NCBI GenBank assembly: GCA_964196275.1
Contig: CAXMSN010000092.1
Coordinates: 1,296 to 65,295 of the forward strand
DNA: 64,000 nucleotides
Origin: an uncultured Kiloniellales bacterium
GTDB taxonomy: Bacteria > Actinomycetota > Acidimicrobiia > Spongiisociales > UBA5794
Direction of reading: 5' to 3'
Position numbers and translations under genes: made by a program. The notes beneath the pieces are model-generated. The model made no database searches. It was not told where the DNA came from and worked only from the letters and a program-made list of their open reading frames with translations. This document shows, piece by piece, positions 20,489-28,827 of the stretch; positions within the stretch are counted from its first letter, which is position 1; the number at the start of each line of letters is the position of its first letter.

Positions 20489-20782
20489 ATGTCCACTATC
20501 TCAATGGTCGCTCTCGGTGACAAGGGTCGCGTCGTAGTGCCAAAGAGCATCAGAGACGAGATTGGGCTTGAAGAGGGTGATCGGTTTGCGATCTTCGTTG
20601 ACGAACTCGGGCGTGTGATCCTCGAGACGCCGGCGGCAGTCAAGGCGCGAATCCGACGAAGGGCGTCACGGGGAAACGATCTGGATGGCAGCGCAGTACA
20701 TGGCAACGCAGTCGACCAGCTTCTCGAGGAGAGACGGCGGGACTCCTCACTTCTGGAGTCCGAGCCAGACTCATCGCGGTGA
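20489..20782 (+). CDS. vapB: AbrB/SpoVT-fold antitoxin (VapB-type)
   Basis: MSTISMVALGDKGRVVVPKSIRDEIGLEEGDRF is a swapped-hairpin SpoVT/AbrB motif. GGGAGAA Shine-Dalgarno sequence upstream. Its stop overlaps the next gene's start (GTGA). Confidence 0.8.
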   Translation: MSTISMVALGDKGRVVVPKSIRDEIGLEEGDRFAIFVDELGRVILETPAAVKARIRRRASRGNDLDGSAVHGNAVDQLLEERRRDSSLLESEPDSSR

Positions 20783-21183
20783 CTGCTGGAGACGATTTGC
20801 GTGCCGTTGTGGATGCATCGGCCGTGCTTGCCTGGATCTTCGATGAACAGGGCGCCGATGCCGTCGAGGAAGTACTGGGCGTTTCCGGAATCTCAGCGGT
20901 GAACTTCGCCGAAGTGCTCCACATCGCAAGAGGCCGTAGGTACGACCCGAACGACCTCGAGGCAGACCTCGCCGCCTACGGGCTGGTGCTTCTACCGTTC
21001 GGAGCGGACGAAGCTCGTTCCGTCGTTGATGTGAGGCGCGCCGAGGAGCGAGCAGGGGTGCTGCTGAGCCTCGCGGATCGGTGCTGTCTGGCTACGGCGA
21101 TCGTGTACGGCCTGCCCGCCGTCGTGAGCGATGGTGAATGGGAACTGCTCGAACTTCCGGTGGACGTCGCCCCGTTCCGCTGA
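20779..21183 (+). CDS. vapC: PIN-domain ribonuclease toxin (VapC-type)
   Basis: 134 aa. N-terminal VVDASAVLAW (first acidic residue) plus later acidic residues. GTG start overlaps the vapB stop. Confidence 0.8.
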   Translation: MTAGDDLRAVVDASAVLAWIFDEQGADAVEEVLGVSGISAVNFAEVLHIARGRRYDPNDLEADLAAYGLVLLPFGADEARSVVDVRRAEERAGVLLSLADRCCLATAIVYGLPAVVSDGEWELLELPVDVAPFR

Positions 21184-21244
21184 TGGCGGCCGATGTAGAG
21201 GCCAACCAACAACGGCTCAACACCTCACAGCGCTTCTCGCGAAT

Positions 21245-21274
21245 GATCGCCGCTAGCTGAATCGCCGCTAGCTG
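21245..21274. repeat. 15-bp tandem duplication spanning the copA stop codon
   Basis: ATCGCCGCTAGCTGA occurs twice on the plus strand. On the minus strand it reads ...CGG AGA TTC AGC TAG CGG CGA TTC AGC TAG, that is RRFS* duplicated in frame. Confidence 0.8.
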
Positions 21275-23460
21275 AATCTCCGCAAGCGAAGCGAGTTCAG
21301 CACTACCGAGACTGACGAGAAGGCCATCGCGCCCGCAGCGACCATTGGGCTGAGGAAGCCCAGCACTGCCAACGGAATCGCAGCGGTGTTGTAGCCGAAC
21401 GCCCAGAACAGGTTCTGGCGGATCGTCTTGAAGGTCCTTCTTGCAAGCGCTAGGGCGGTCACGATGCGCTCGGGATCCCCGGACATCAGGACGACGTCTC
21501 CGGCTTCGATAGCGACATCGGATCCTGTCCCGACGGCGATGCCCAGATCCGCTGTGGCGAGCGCGGGTGTGTCGTTGATCCCGTCTCCGACGAAGGCGAC
21601 CGATCGACCCTCTGTTTGAAGAGTGGTGATGGCATCTGCCTTCTGTCCTGGAAGAACCTCGGCGGTGACCCTGCTGATGCCGATCTCGGCCGCTATCGCG
21701 TCGGCTGTGGCCTGCGCATCTCCGGTGAGCATGGCGGTCGTGATCCCTTGCTCCTCCAATGCAGCGACAGCGATCTTCGAGTTGTCCCTGATCGTGTCTG
21801 CAACGGCAAGAACCCCTCGCACTTGGCCTTCCCAACCTGCGAGGAATGCGGTGTGACCCGCAGCTCCGAACGTGTTGAGTTGCTCCTCCCACGTATCGGC
21901 TCCCGGCCACCCCAACTCGTCGAACCATCGTGCCGAACCGACGCCGACGGTGATGCCGTCAACTATCCCGGTTGCTCCCATGCCGCGCTCGGCAGTGAAG
22001 GAGGTCGGCGCGACGAGTTCGATGTCCTTCTCCTCGGCTCCGAGAACTACGGCTCTTCCGATCGGGTGCTCGGACCCGAGTTCGAGAGATGCGACACGTT
22101 TGAGGAAGATGTGCTCATCTTGTTCGGTTGCGACGTTGGTGAGCGTCATGGCACCTCGAGTGAGCGTCCCTGTCTTGTCGAACACCACGGTGTCCACTGA
22201 GTGGGCGGTCTCGAACACCTGTGCGTTCTTGAACAGGACACCCATCGACGCCCCCCGACCCGACCCGACCATGATCGCCGTGGGCGTCGCAAGACCGAGC
22301 GCACAGGGGCATGCGATGATCAGGACGGCGACAGCGTTGGTCACCGCGATACCGATGTCACCGTCGATGAGCCACCAGATGATGCCGGTGAGGGCGGCGA
22401 TGACCATGACCGTCGGGACGAAGATGCCGGAGACCCGATCAGCGAGTTTCTGGACGGGAGCCTTGGTCGCCTGCGCATCCTCGACGAGGCGTGAGATCTG
22501 AGCGAGGGCGGTGTTCGGGCCCACATGGACAACTTCGATCTCAAGCCTTCCGTGCAGGTTCACGGTCGCGGCGAAGACCTCGCTCCCAGCCTCTTTGGCG
22601 ACGGCTGCACTCTCTCCGGTGAGCATCGACTCGTCGATCGCCGATTCGCCCTGTGTGACGGTGCCATCAGCGGGTATCCGCTCGCCGGGGAGCACCACAA
22701 CGGTGTTGCCCGGCGCCAGTTCGAGTGGATCGACGAGCGTTTCAACGCCATTGACAACCAGCCGTGCCTGCTTTGCGCCGAGTTCGGCGAGGCGGGCGAT
22801 CGCTTGTGAGGCTTGGCCCTTGGCCCGTGCCTCGAAGAATCTGCCGACAAGGATCAACGTCACGATCATCGCGGCGCTCTCGAAGAAGACGTGTGCTCCG
22901 CCGGATTCGAGGTGGTCGGCATGCACGATCGCTTCTGCACCCTGTGTGAGCAGTACGACGGTCGAGTATCCCCACGCGGCGAGGGTTCCCACCGATATGA
23001 GCGAGTCCATGGCGGGTGAGAGCGATGTCAGCTGCTTCCACGCGGCCGTGTGGAACTGCCACCCGAAGTAGAACACGATGATCGTCGTGAGGACCAGTTG
23101 AAGCCAGGGATTCCAGAGCTCCTCGGGACCGAGCATCGCGAGCAGCATGACGGGTGTCGCGAGCACCGCACTTCCGATGACGAGCCGCAGTTGCTTCTTC
23201 GCCTCGTCGTTGTACTTGTCTGTGACCGACCGGCGATCGTCATCCGGCCCGATCTCGACGATGTCATATCCGATCTTGGCGACGGCGGCATGCAACGCTT
23301 CGACATCCACCCCGTCGGCAACGGTTGCACGCGCCTCCTGGCTTGCGAAGTTGACGACGGCGAGGTCGACGCCCTCTTGTTTGCCGAGGACGCGCTCGAT
23401 CCTGACGGCGCACGAGGCACACGTCATCCCGTCGACGTCGAAGCGGATCGTGTCTGTCAT
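21268..23460 (-). CDS. copA: Copper-translocating P1B-type ATPase
   Basis: N-terminal HMA domain GMTCASCAVRIE, TGES, the CPC motif IACPCALGLATP, DKTGTLT and GDGINDTPAL. Confidence 0.95.
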   Translation of the reverse strand: MTDTIRFDVDGMTCASCAVRIERVLGKQEGVDLAVVNFASQEARATVADGVDVEALHAAVAKIGYDIVEIGPDDDRRSVTDKYNDEAKKQLRLVIGSAVLATPVMLLAMLGPEELWNPWLQLVLTTIIVFYFGWQFHTAAWKQLTSLSPAMDSLISVGTLAAWGYSTVVLLTQGAEAIVHADHLESGGAHVFFESAAMIVTLILVGRFFEARAKGQASQAIARLAELGAKQARLVVNGVETLVDPLELAPGNTVVVLPGERIPADGTVTQGESAIDESMLTGESAAVAKEAGSEVFAATVNLHGRLEIEVVHVGPNTALAQISRLVEDAQATKAPVQKLADRVSGIFVPTVMVIAALTGIIWWLIDGDIGIAVTNAVAVLIIACPCALGLATPTAIMVGSGRGASMGVLFKNAQVFETAHSVDTVVFDKTGTLTRGAMTLTNVATEQDEHIFLKRVASLELGSEHPIGRAVVLGAEEKDIELVAPTSFTAERGMGATGIVDGITVGVGSARWFDELGWPGADTWEEQLNTFGAAGHTAFLAGWEGQVRGVLAVADTIRDNSKIAVAALEEQGITTAMLTGDAQATADAIAAEIGISRVTAEVLPGQKADAITTLQTEGRSVAFVGDGINDTPALATADLGIAVGTGSDVAIEAGDVVLMSGDPERIVTALALARRTFKTIRQNLFWAFGYNTAAIPLAVLGFLSPMVAAGAMAFSSVSVVLNSLRLRRFS

Positions 23461-23466
23461 GGGGTC

Positions 23467-23679
23467 TTAGCCAGCGGCTACTTCGTAGCCCTGCTCATCG
23501 ATAGCTGCAACGAATGCGTCGATGTCAACGGAGGAGTCGTCATAGCTGATGGCAACGTTTCGGTCCTCGATCGAGACCTGGGCCGATTCGACGCCTTCGA
23601 GAGGCTCGAGCGCTCCCTCGATGGATGACTTGCAGTGGCCACATGAGATGTCTGGCACGGAGAGTGTTATCTGGGTCAT
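23467..23679 (-). CDS. copZ: Copper chaperone (HMA domain)
   Basis: Trimmed to MTQITLSVPDISCGHCKSSIEGAL (CxxC metal site). 70 aa. Confidence 0.9.
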   Translation of the reverse strand: MTQITLSVPDISCGHCKSSIEGALEPLEGVESAQVSIEDRNVAISYDDSSVDIDAFVAAIDEQGYEVAAG

Positions 23680-23966
23680 GGTGAACCTTTCGTACTGGAG
23701 AGACTCGGTGCATATCGCAACGTCTCGAGGAGCTCGTCGACGACCTGCTCGGAGCGGCCTTCCTTGATGTGCTCCAAGACGCACGTCTCAACATGGTTCT
23801 GCAGGAGTACCCGGTTGACACCTTCAAGTGATCCCTGCAATGCGGAGACCTGCTTCATGATGTCCGGGCAGTACTGCTCCTCGTCGACCATGCGGATGAC
23901 GGCATCGAGATGCCCTCGCACGGTCTTGAGCCGGTTGAGCGCCGATGTCTTGTGTTCTATCTTCAT
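23676..23966 (-). CDS. csoR: CsoR-family copper-sensing repressor
   Basis: RLKTVRGHLDAVIRMV..YCPDIMKQV...H..C carries the W-X-Y-Z Cys/His/Cys fingerprint. Its stop overlaps the copZ start. Confidence 0.9.
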   Translation of the reverse strand: MKIEHKTSALNRLKTVRGHLDAVIRMVDEEQYCPDIMKQVSALQGSLEGVNRVLLQNHVETCVLEHIKEGRSEQVVDELLETLRYAPSLSSTKGSP

Positions 23967-23977
23967 GCAGGTGAGTA

Positions 23978-24002
23978 TACCCCACCCCGGGTGGGGTGGG
24001 TA
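23978..24002. promoter_or_regulatory. Candidate CsoR operator
   Basis: TACCCCACCCCGGGTGGGGTGGGTA is a GC-rich imperfect inverted repeat 12 nt upstream of the csoR ATG. It has the same TACCC..GGGTA style as described CsoR boxes. Confidence 0.55.
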
Positions 24003-24114
24003 CCCGTTTCTCAGATTTCCTCACGGGTGCTCTCCCGCCGCTCCCCATGACCGTTCTGTGGGCCGTAATGCACCGAGGGGTGCACTGGAACCCTGGGTAC
24101 GGAGTTCCTGGTGG

Positions 24115-24918
24115 TCAGACGCGGAGCATGCGTCCTATGCGACGGGCTGTCACGACGGAGCCGATGATGCCGAGGGCCAACAGGTACGTGACGTTGATCA
24201 GCATGGTCCATGACAGGATCCCGAGTGTCAGGCCTCGCACGAGAACCACGCCGTGGTAGAGGGGGGAGAACCAGGCCACGACCTGGAGAAACGGTGGGTA
24301 GACGTCGAGTGGGTAGAAGGTTGCGGAGAACAGGAACAGCGGCAGCGAGATGAATCCCACGAAGTCGAGATCTTGCCAGGTACGCATCCACGTGACCCCT
24401 GCGGTCGCGACCGCTCCGAAGGCGAAGCCAATGAGGATCGCTGCCGGGAACGCGAGGATCCCGAGCGGAGATTCGATCAGTCCCATCACCGCCATCACGA
24501 GCAGGAAGGCAGCCGAGTACATCGCTCCTCTGGTCAGCGTCCAGCCGATCTCGCCCGAGGCGACATCTACCGGCTCGACCGGGGTCGCAAGCACTCCCTC
24601 GTAGATCTTGCCGTACTTGAGCTTGAAGAAGATGTTGGTCGATTCGAAGATCGCTCCGTTCATCGCCGAAGCTGCGAGCATCGCCGGGGCGACGAAGGCC
24701 GTGTACTCGACGGAGACGCCTGCGAACTCAACATCGCCTGCGAGTTGCCCGATACCGATTCCGATCGCAAAGAGGTAGAAGATCGGCTCGAAGAATCCCG
24801 AAACGAGCACCGGCCAGAACGTCTTGGTCGCCAGCAGGTTGCGCTCGAGCAGATACCTGCCGCGCCACTTCTTGCGCAGCGGCGGCACCACCCTGGAAAC
24901 CAACACGTCCTGTGTCAT
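24115..24918 (-). CDS. ABC-2 type transporter permease
   Basis: Trimmed to MTQDVLVSRVV.... Six TM helices, DrrB/NodJ-like. ATGA overlap with the upstream permease. Confidence 0.8.
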   Translation of the reverse strand: MTQDVLVSRVVPPLRKKWRGRYLLERNLLATKTFWPVLVSGFFEPIFYLFAIGIGIGQLAGDVEFAGVSVEYTAFVAPAMLAASAMNGAIFESTNIFFKLKYGKIYEGVLATPVEPVDVASGEIGWTLTRGAMYSAAFLLVMAVMGLIESPLGILAFPAAILIGFAFGAVATAGVTWMRTWQDLDFVGFISLPLFLFSATFYPLDVYPPFLQVVAWFSPLYHGVVLVRGLTLGILSWTMLINVTYLLALGIIGSVVTARRIGRMLRV

Positions 24919-25691
24919 GGCGTCAACCTCTTGCGCATGGGAGCGATGATGATGAACGCTCCGACGATGATCCATGCGAGCAGGTACAACACGCTGATCC
25001 ACCACACGACGTCGGGCGGTACACCGAGCGCGATGCTCCGTGCGAGTTCGACGCCGTGGAACACCGGTGTGACGAACGCCACAGGCTGGAGCCAACCGGG
25101 TAGCTGGCTGATCGGAAAGAACACCCCCGAGAAGAGGAACATTGGGATCACAACGAACCGGAAGAACATCGGTAGCCCGGCGACTTCCTTGAGGCGGACC
25201 GTGAAGGCCGTAGTCGCCGAGATCATCGCCATGCCGACGAGCATCGCCGGAACGAGTGCACCGAGAGCTTCAAGAGGTGTGGCTACCTGGAACGCGACCA
25301 TCACGATCGAGAACGACAGGGAGACCATGAAGACGCGTGCTGTCGACCACAGGATGTGGCCGAGCATCAGGCTCGGTATGCCGATCGGCGTCGAGAGACG
25401 CGCGTGCCATGTGTTCTGCCACTCGATCCCCGCCATGACCTTCCACGATCCCTCGCCGGCCCCCGTCTGCATCGCGGTGGCAACGAGGAGACCGGGAGCC
25501 AGATAGGCCAGGTACGAGAACCCTTCCAAGCCCTGGGGGATGTTGCTGTCGACGAGAGATCCCAAGCCGAGGCCCATCGCGACGAGGTACAGGACCGGGT
25601 TGAGGAAACTGGTGAATACCGAGCCCCGCCACGTTCGGCGGTAGATCCTTGCCTCTGCCTCGAAGACGCGGATGGCGAGCGGCGTAACCAT
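24915..25691 (-). CDS. ABC-2 type transporter permease
   Basis: 258 aa with six TM helices. Paralogous to the downstream permease. Confidence 0.8.
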   Translation of the reverse strand: MVTPLAIRVFEAEARIYRRTWRGSVFTSFLNPVLYLVAMGLGLGSLVDSNIPQGLEGFSYLAYLAPGLLVATAMQTGAGEGSWKVMAGIEWQNTWHARLSTPIGIPSLMLGHILWSTARVFMVSLSFSIVMVAFQVATPLEALGALVPAMLVGMAMISATTAFTVRLKEVAGLPMFFRFVVIPMFLFSGVFFPISQLPGWLQPVAFVTPVFHGVELARSIALGVPPDVVWWISVLYLLAWIIVGAFIIIAPMRKRLTP

Positions 25692-26617
25692 CAGTCGACC
25701 AGTGTGCGGCCGGTGAGGCGGAGGAAGACGTCCTCGAGTGACGACCGCCGCTCGAGAATAGTCTCGGGTTCCAGCCCCAGTTCGTGGACGCGAGCGACGG
25801 TGCGCTCCGCGTCATCGGCGTACACGAGCGCCCGGTCAGCCAAGATCTCGGTCTGATCCGATAGCTCGTTGACCTTGTCGGTGACGGTCTCGAGAACGTC
25901 GATCGGGAAACGGAGTTCGACCACATCTCTTGGCGTGTAATCCTCGATGAGCGAGCGCGGCGACCCCTCTGCGACGATCTTTCCGTTGTCCATCACCACG
26001 AGCCGGTCACACAGTTGCTCCGCCTCGTCCATGTAATGGGTCGTGATGATCAGCGTGACCCCCCGCTGCTTCAGGCGATAGAGGCGGTCCCACAGAACGT
26101 GCCTCGCCTGCGGGTCGAGCCCTGTCGTCGGCTCATCCAGGATGTACAGGTCCGGCTCATTGATCAGCCCACGGGCGATCGTCACGCGACGCTTCATACC
26201 CCCGGACAGCGCAGACACCTTGGAGTTCGCCTTATCGGTGAGTTGGACGAAGTCGAGCAATTCGGCAACGCGGTCCTTGATCTCTGTTCGTGAGAGGTCG
26301 AAGTACCTGCCGTACATCATGAGGTTGTCGTAGACCGTGAGTTCCTCGTCGAGATTGTTCTCTTGCGGCACGACACCGAGGCGTGCCCTGAGTCTCGGAC
26401 CCTCGGTCATCGGGTCGAGGCCGAGCACCGACAACTCACCACCGCTGATCGGGCTGACCGCACCGATCATCTTCATCGTCGATGTCTTGCCCGCGCCGTT
26501 CGGCCCGAGAAAGCCGAACGCCTCGCCCTGGTGAACCTCGAAGTTGATGTCGTCAACCGCAACGAAGTCATCAAACGTCTTTCGGAGCGCGCGTGCGGTG
26601 ATCAATGCCTCTGCCAT
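25691..26617 (-). CDS. ABC transporter ATP-binding protein (DrrA/NodI-like)
   Basis: Trimmed to MAEALITARALRKTF. Walker A GPNGAGKTST, signature LSGGMKRRV, Walker B LYILDEPTTGLD. Confidence 0.9.
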   Translation of the reverse strand: MAEALITARALRKTFDDFVAVDDINFEVHQGEAFGFLGPNGAGKTSTMKMIGAVSPISGGELSVLGLDPMTEGPRLRARLGVVPQENNLDEELTVYDNLMMYGRYFDLSRTEIKDRVAELLDFVQLTDKANSKVSALSGGMKRRVTIARGLINEPDLYILDEPTTGLDPQARHVLWDRLYRLKQRGVTLIITTHYMDEAEQLCDRLVVMDNGKIVAEGSPRSLIEDYTPRDVVELRFPIDVLETVTDKVNELSDQTEILADRALVYADDAERTVARVHELGLEPETILERRSSLEDVFLRLTGRTLVD

Positions 26618-26633
26618 CCGGAGGAGAGTAACG

Positions 26634-26694
26634 GTCGCCCGCTTCGCTCGCTGCAGAAGACGGATCTGTCGGTTCGCTCCCTGTCGTCGTCTGG
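26634..26694. repeat. Short dispersed intergenic motif, copy M1
   Basis: GTCGCCCGCTTCGCTCGCTGCAGAAGACGGATCTGTCGGTTCGCTCCCTGTCGTCGTCTGG aligns over most of its length with copy M2 (30291) and over the first about 40 nt with M3 (50266). Confidence 0.6.
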
Positions 26695-26714
26695 TTGCCA
26701 TTAGCCTCATCGGC

Positions 26715-27665
26715 ATGGAGATCAAGGACAGCATTGTTGATTCGATCGGTGGAACGCCACTGGTTCGGCTGTCGAGGCTGCATCCTGGCGGGAATCTTGT
26801 TGCCAAGATCGAGTACATGAATCCTGGCGGGTCGATCAAGGACCGCATCGGGACAGGGATGATCGATCGTGCCGAGGAGAACGGGTGGCTGAAGCCGGGG
26901 GACACGATCGTGGAGCCCACGTCGGGGAACACCGGAGTCGGGCTGGCGATGGTCGCTGCCATCAGGGGCTACAAGCTCATCTGTGTGATGCAGGATAAGC
27001 AGTCGAAGGAGAAGCAGGACCTTCTCCGCGCCTACGGTGCGGAAGTTGTGCTGTGTCCGACCGATGTTGCGCCCGAGGATCCCCTCTCCTACTACTCGGT
27101 CGCAAACGATCTCGCTGGACGTCCTGGCCACTACAGGCCGGACCAGTATTCCAACCCAGCGAACCCGCAAGCCCACGTCGACTCGACGGGCCCTGAGATA
27201 TGGGATGCGACAGACGGCACCGTCGACATCTTCGTCGCTGGCGTCGGGACCGGTGGGACGATCTCCGGCAATGCGAGGTACCTGAAGTCCATGAATCCCG
27301 ACATCGTGGTCGTGGGCGTCGACCCCGAGGGCTCGATCTATACCGCAGCAACAGATGAGGACATCACGACCTATCTGATCGAGGGTGTCGGCGAGGACTT
27401 CTGGCCTGAGACCTATGACCCCTCGCTCACGGACAGCTACGAGATGGTGTCAGACATGGAGGCTTTCGAGATGACACGCAGGCTCGCCGTCGAGGAGGGC
27501 GTGCTCGTTGGCGGGTCGTGCGGCATGGCCGTCGTCGGTGCTCTGCGCGTCGCCGAGGAGAACCCGGACAAGCTCGTGGTGGTGATCCTCCCGGATTCGG
27601 GGCGAAGCTATCTCTCGAAGATCTTCAATGATGAGTGGATGGCAGATCAGGGGATGGGCGCATGA
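26715..27665 (+). CDS. Cystathionine beta-synthase / cysteine synthase family PLP enzyme (no CBS-domain tail)
   Basis: Trimmed to MEIKDSIVDSIGGTPLVRL. Contains NPGGSIKDR (PLP Lys) and TSGNTGVGLA. 316 aa. Confidence 0.85.
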   Translation: MEIKDSIVDSIGGTPLVRLSRLHPGGNLVAKIEYMNPGGSIKDRIGTGMIDRAEENGWLKPGDTIVEPTSGNTGVGLAMVAAIRGYKLICVMQDKQSKEKQDLLRAYGAEVVLCPTDVAPEDPLSYYSVANDLAGRPGHYRPDQYSNPANPQAHVDSTGPEIWDATDGTVDIFVAGVGTGGTISGNARYLKSMNPDIVVVGVDPEGSIYTAATDEDITTYLIEGVGEDFWPETYDPSLTDSYEMVSDMEAFEMTRRLAVEEGVLVGGSCGMAVVGALRVAEENPDKLVVVILPDSGRSYLSKIFNDEWMADQGMGA

Positions 27666-27675
27666 GGACACGGCG

Positions 27676-28827
27676 ATGACCGAGGACCGATTCGAGACGG
27701 TCGCGATCCATGCCGGTCAGGACCCGGACCCGGCAACGGGGGCAGCCGTTGTACCGATCTATGCAACGTCGACCTATGTTCAGGAGGCGCCCGGCGTCCA
27801 CAAAGGCTATGAATACTCTCGGACCGACAACCCAACCCGGACAGCGCTGCAGACGCAGATCGCTGCACTCGAAGGTGTGGATCTTGGGACTGACGGAGGC
27901 TGTGTGGCCACAGCATCCGGTCTCGCCGCGACCGCTCTCATCGGGTACCTGCTCGCCCCTGGAGACCACATCGTGCTTCCCGACGATGCCTACGGCGGCA
28001 CGTTCAGGCTGATCGCACAGGTGCTCGCGAGCCATGGCATCCTGTGGACGGCGGCAGATCTCACCACGAGCGCTGGTATCCAGTCCGCGGTGAGACCTGA
28101 AACGAAGCTCATCTGGATCGAGACGCCGACGAATCCACTCCTTCGAATCGTCGACATCGGAGCAGCCGTCGCCGCAGCGAAGAGCGTCGGGGCCAAAGTC
28201 GTGGTCGACAACACGTTCGCCACGCCATACCTGCAGCAACCATTGGCACTCGGGGCTGACATGGCGATGCACTCATCGACCAAGTATCTCGGTGGGCACT
28301 CGGACGCTGTTGGCGGTGCGATCGTTACGAACGACCAGGACCTGTACGAGCGGCTTCGATTCCTCCAGAACGCCACTGGGCCGGTGCCGGGGCCGTTCGA
28401 TTCGTATCTGATGCTCCGTGGGATCAAGACGCTCGGTGTGCGGATGGACCGCCACTGCTCGAATGCGGAAGCCATCGCTGCGTTCCTTGCATCCGATGAC
28501 AGGGTCGACCAGGTTTGGTACCCCGGTCTCGAATCAGATCCCGGCCACGCACTGGCGAGGAACCAGATGTCACAGTTCGGAGGGATGGTGTCGTTCACGC
28601 CAAAGGCTGGCGTCGAGGCTGCGAACGAGCTCGTCACTAGGACGAGGCTGTTCTTCCTTGCGGAGTCGCTTGGCGGTGTCGAATCGCTGATCGAGGTACC
28701 GGCCGTGATGACCCACCTGTCCGTTGAGGGCACAGATCTTGAGGTCCCGGCCTCGCTTGTTCGTCTCTCCGTTGGCATCGAGCACGTGGACGACCTCATC
28801 TCCGACCTCGATCGAGCACTTGGCTGA
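27676..28827 (+). CDS. Cystathionine gamma-lyase / gamma-synthase (Cys/Met metabolism PLP family)
   Basis: Trimmed to MTEDRFETVAIHAGQ. Contains YSRTDNPT and HSSTKYLGGHSD (PLP Lys). Confidence 0.9.
   Translation: MTEDRFETVAIHAGQDPDPATGAAVVPIYATSTYVQEAPGVHKGYEYSRTDNPTRTALQTQIAALEGVDLGTDGGCVATASGLAATALIGYLLAPGDHIVLPDDAYGGTFRLIAQVLASHGILWTAADLTTSAGIQSAVRPETKLIWIETPTNPLLRIVDIGAAVAAAKSVGAKVVVDNTFATPYLQQPLALGADMAMHSSTKYLGGHSDAVGGAIVTNDQDLYERLRFLQNATGPVPGPFDSYLMLRGIKTLGVRMDRHCSNAEAIAAFLASDDRVDQVWYPGLESDPGHALARNQMSQFGGMVSFTPKAGVEAANELVTRTRLFFLAESLGGVESLIEVPAVMTHLSVEGTDLEVPASLVRLSVGIEHVDDLISDLDRALG

Noticed and set aside
25691-26962. Long N-terminal extensions given by the ORF track. Examples are the ABC ATPase ORF to 26962, 10901-12028, 36008-37750, 37573-38673, 43407-44708, 46911-48164, 49383-50669, 24115-25095 and 472-1545.
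   Set aside because: The extensions are low-complexity and basic, and they overlap neighbouring genes or intergenic repeats. Family-typical N-termini begin at internal ATG or GTG codons, often with an SD-like sequence or a 4-nt overlap with the upstream gene.
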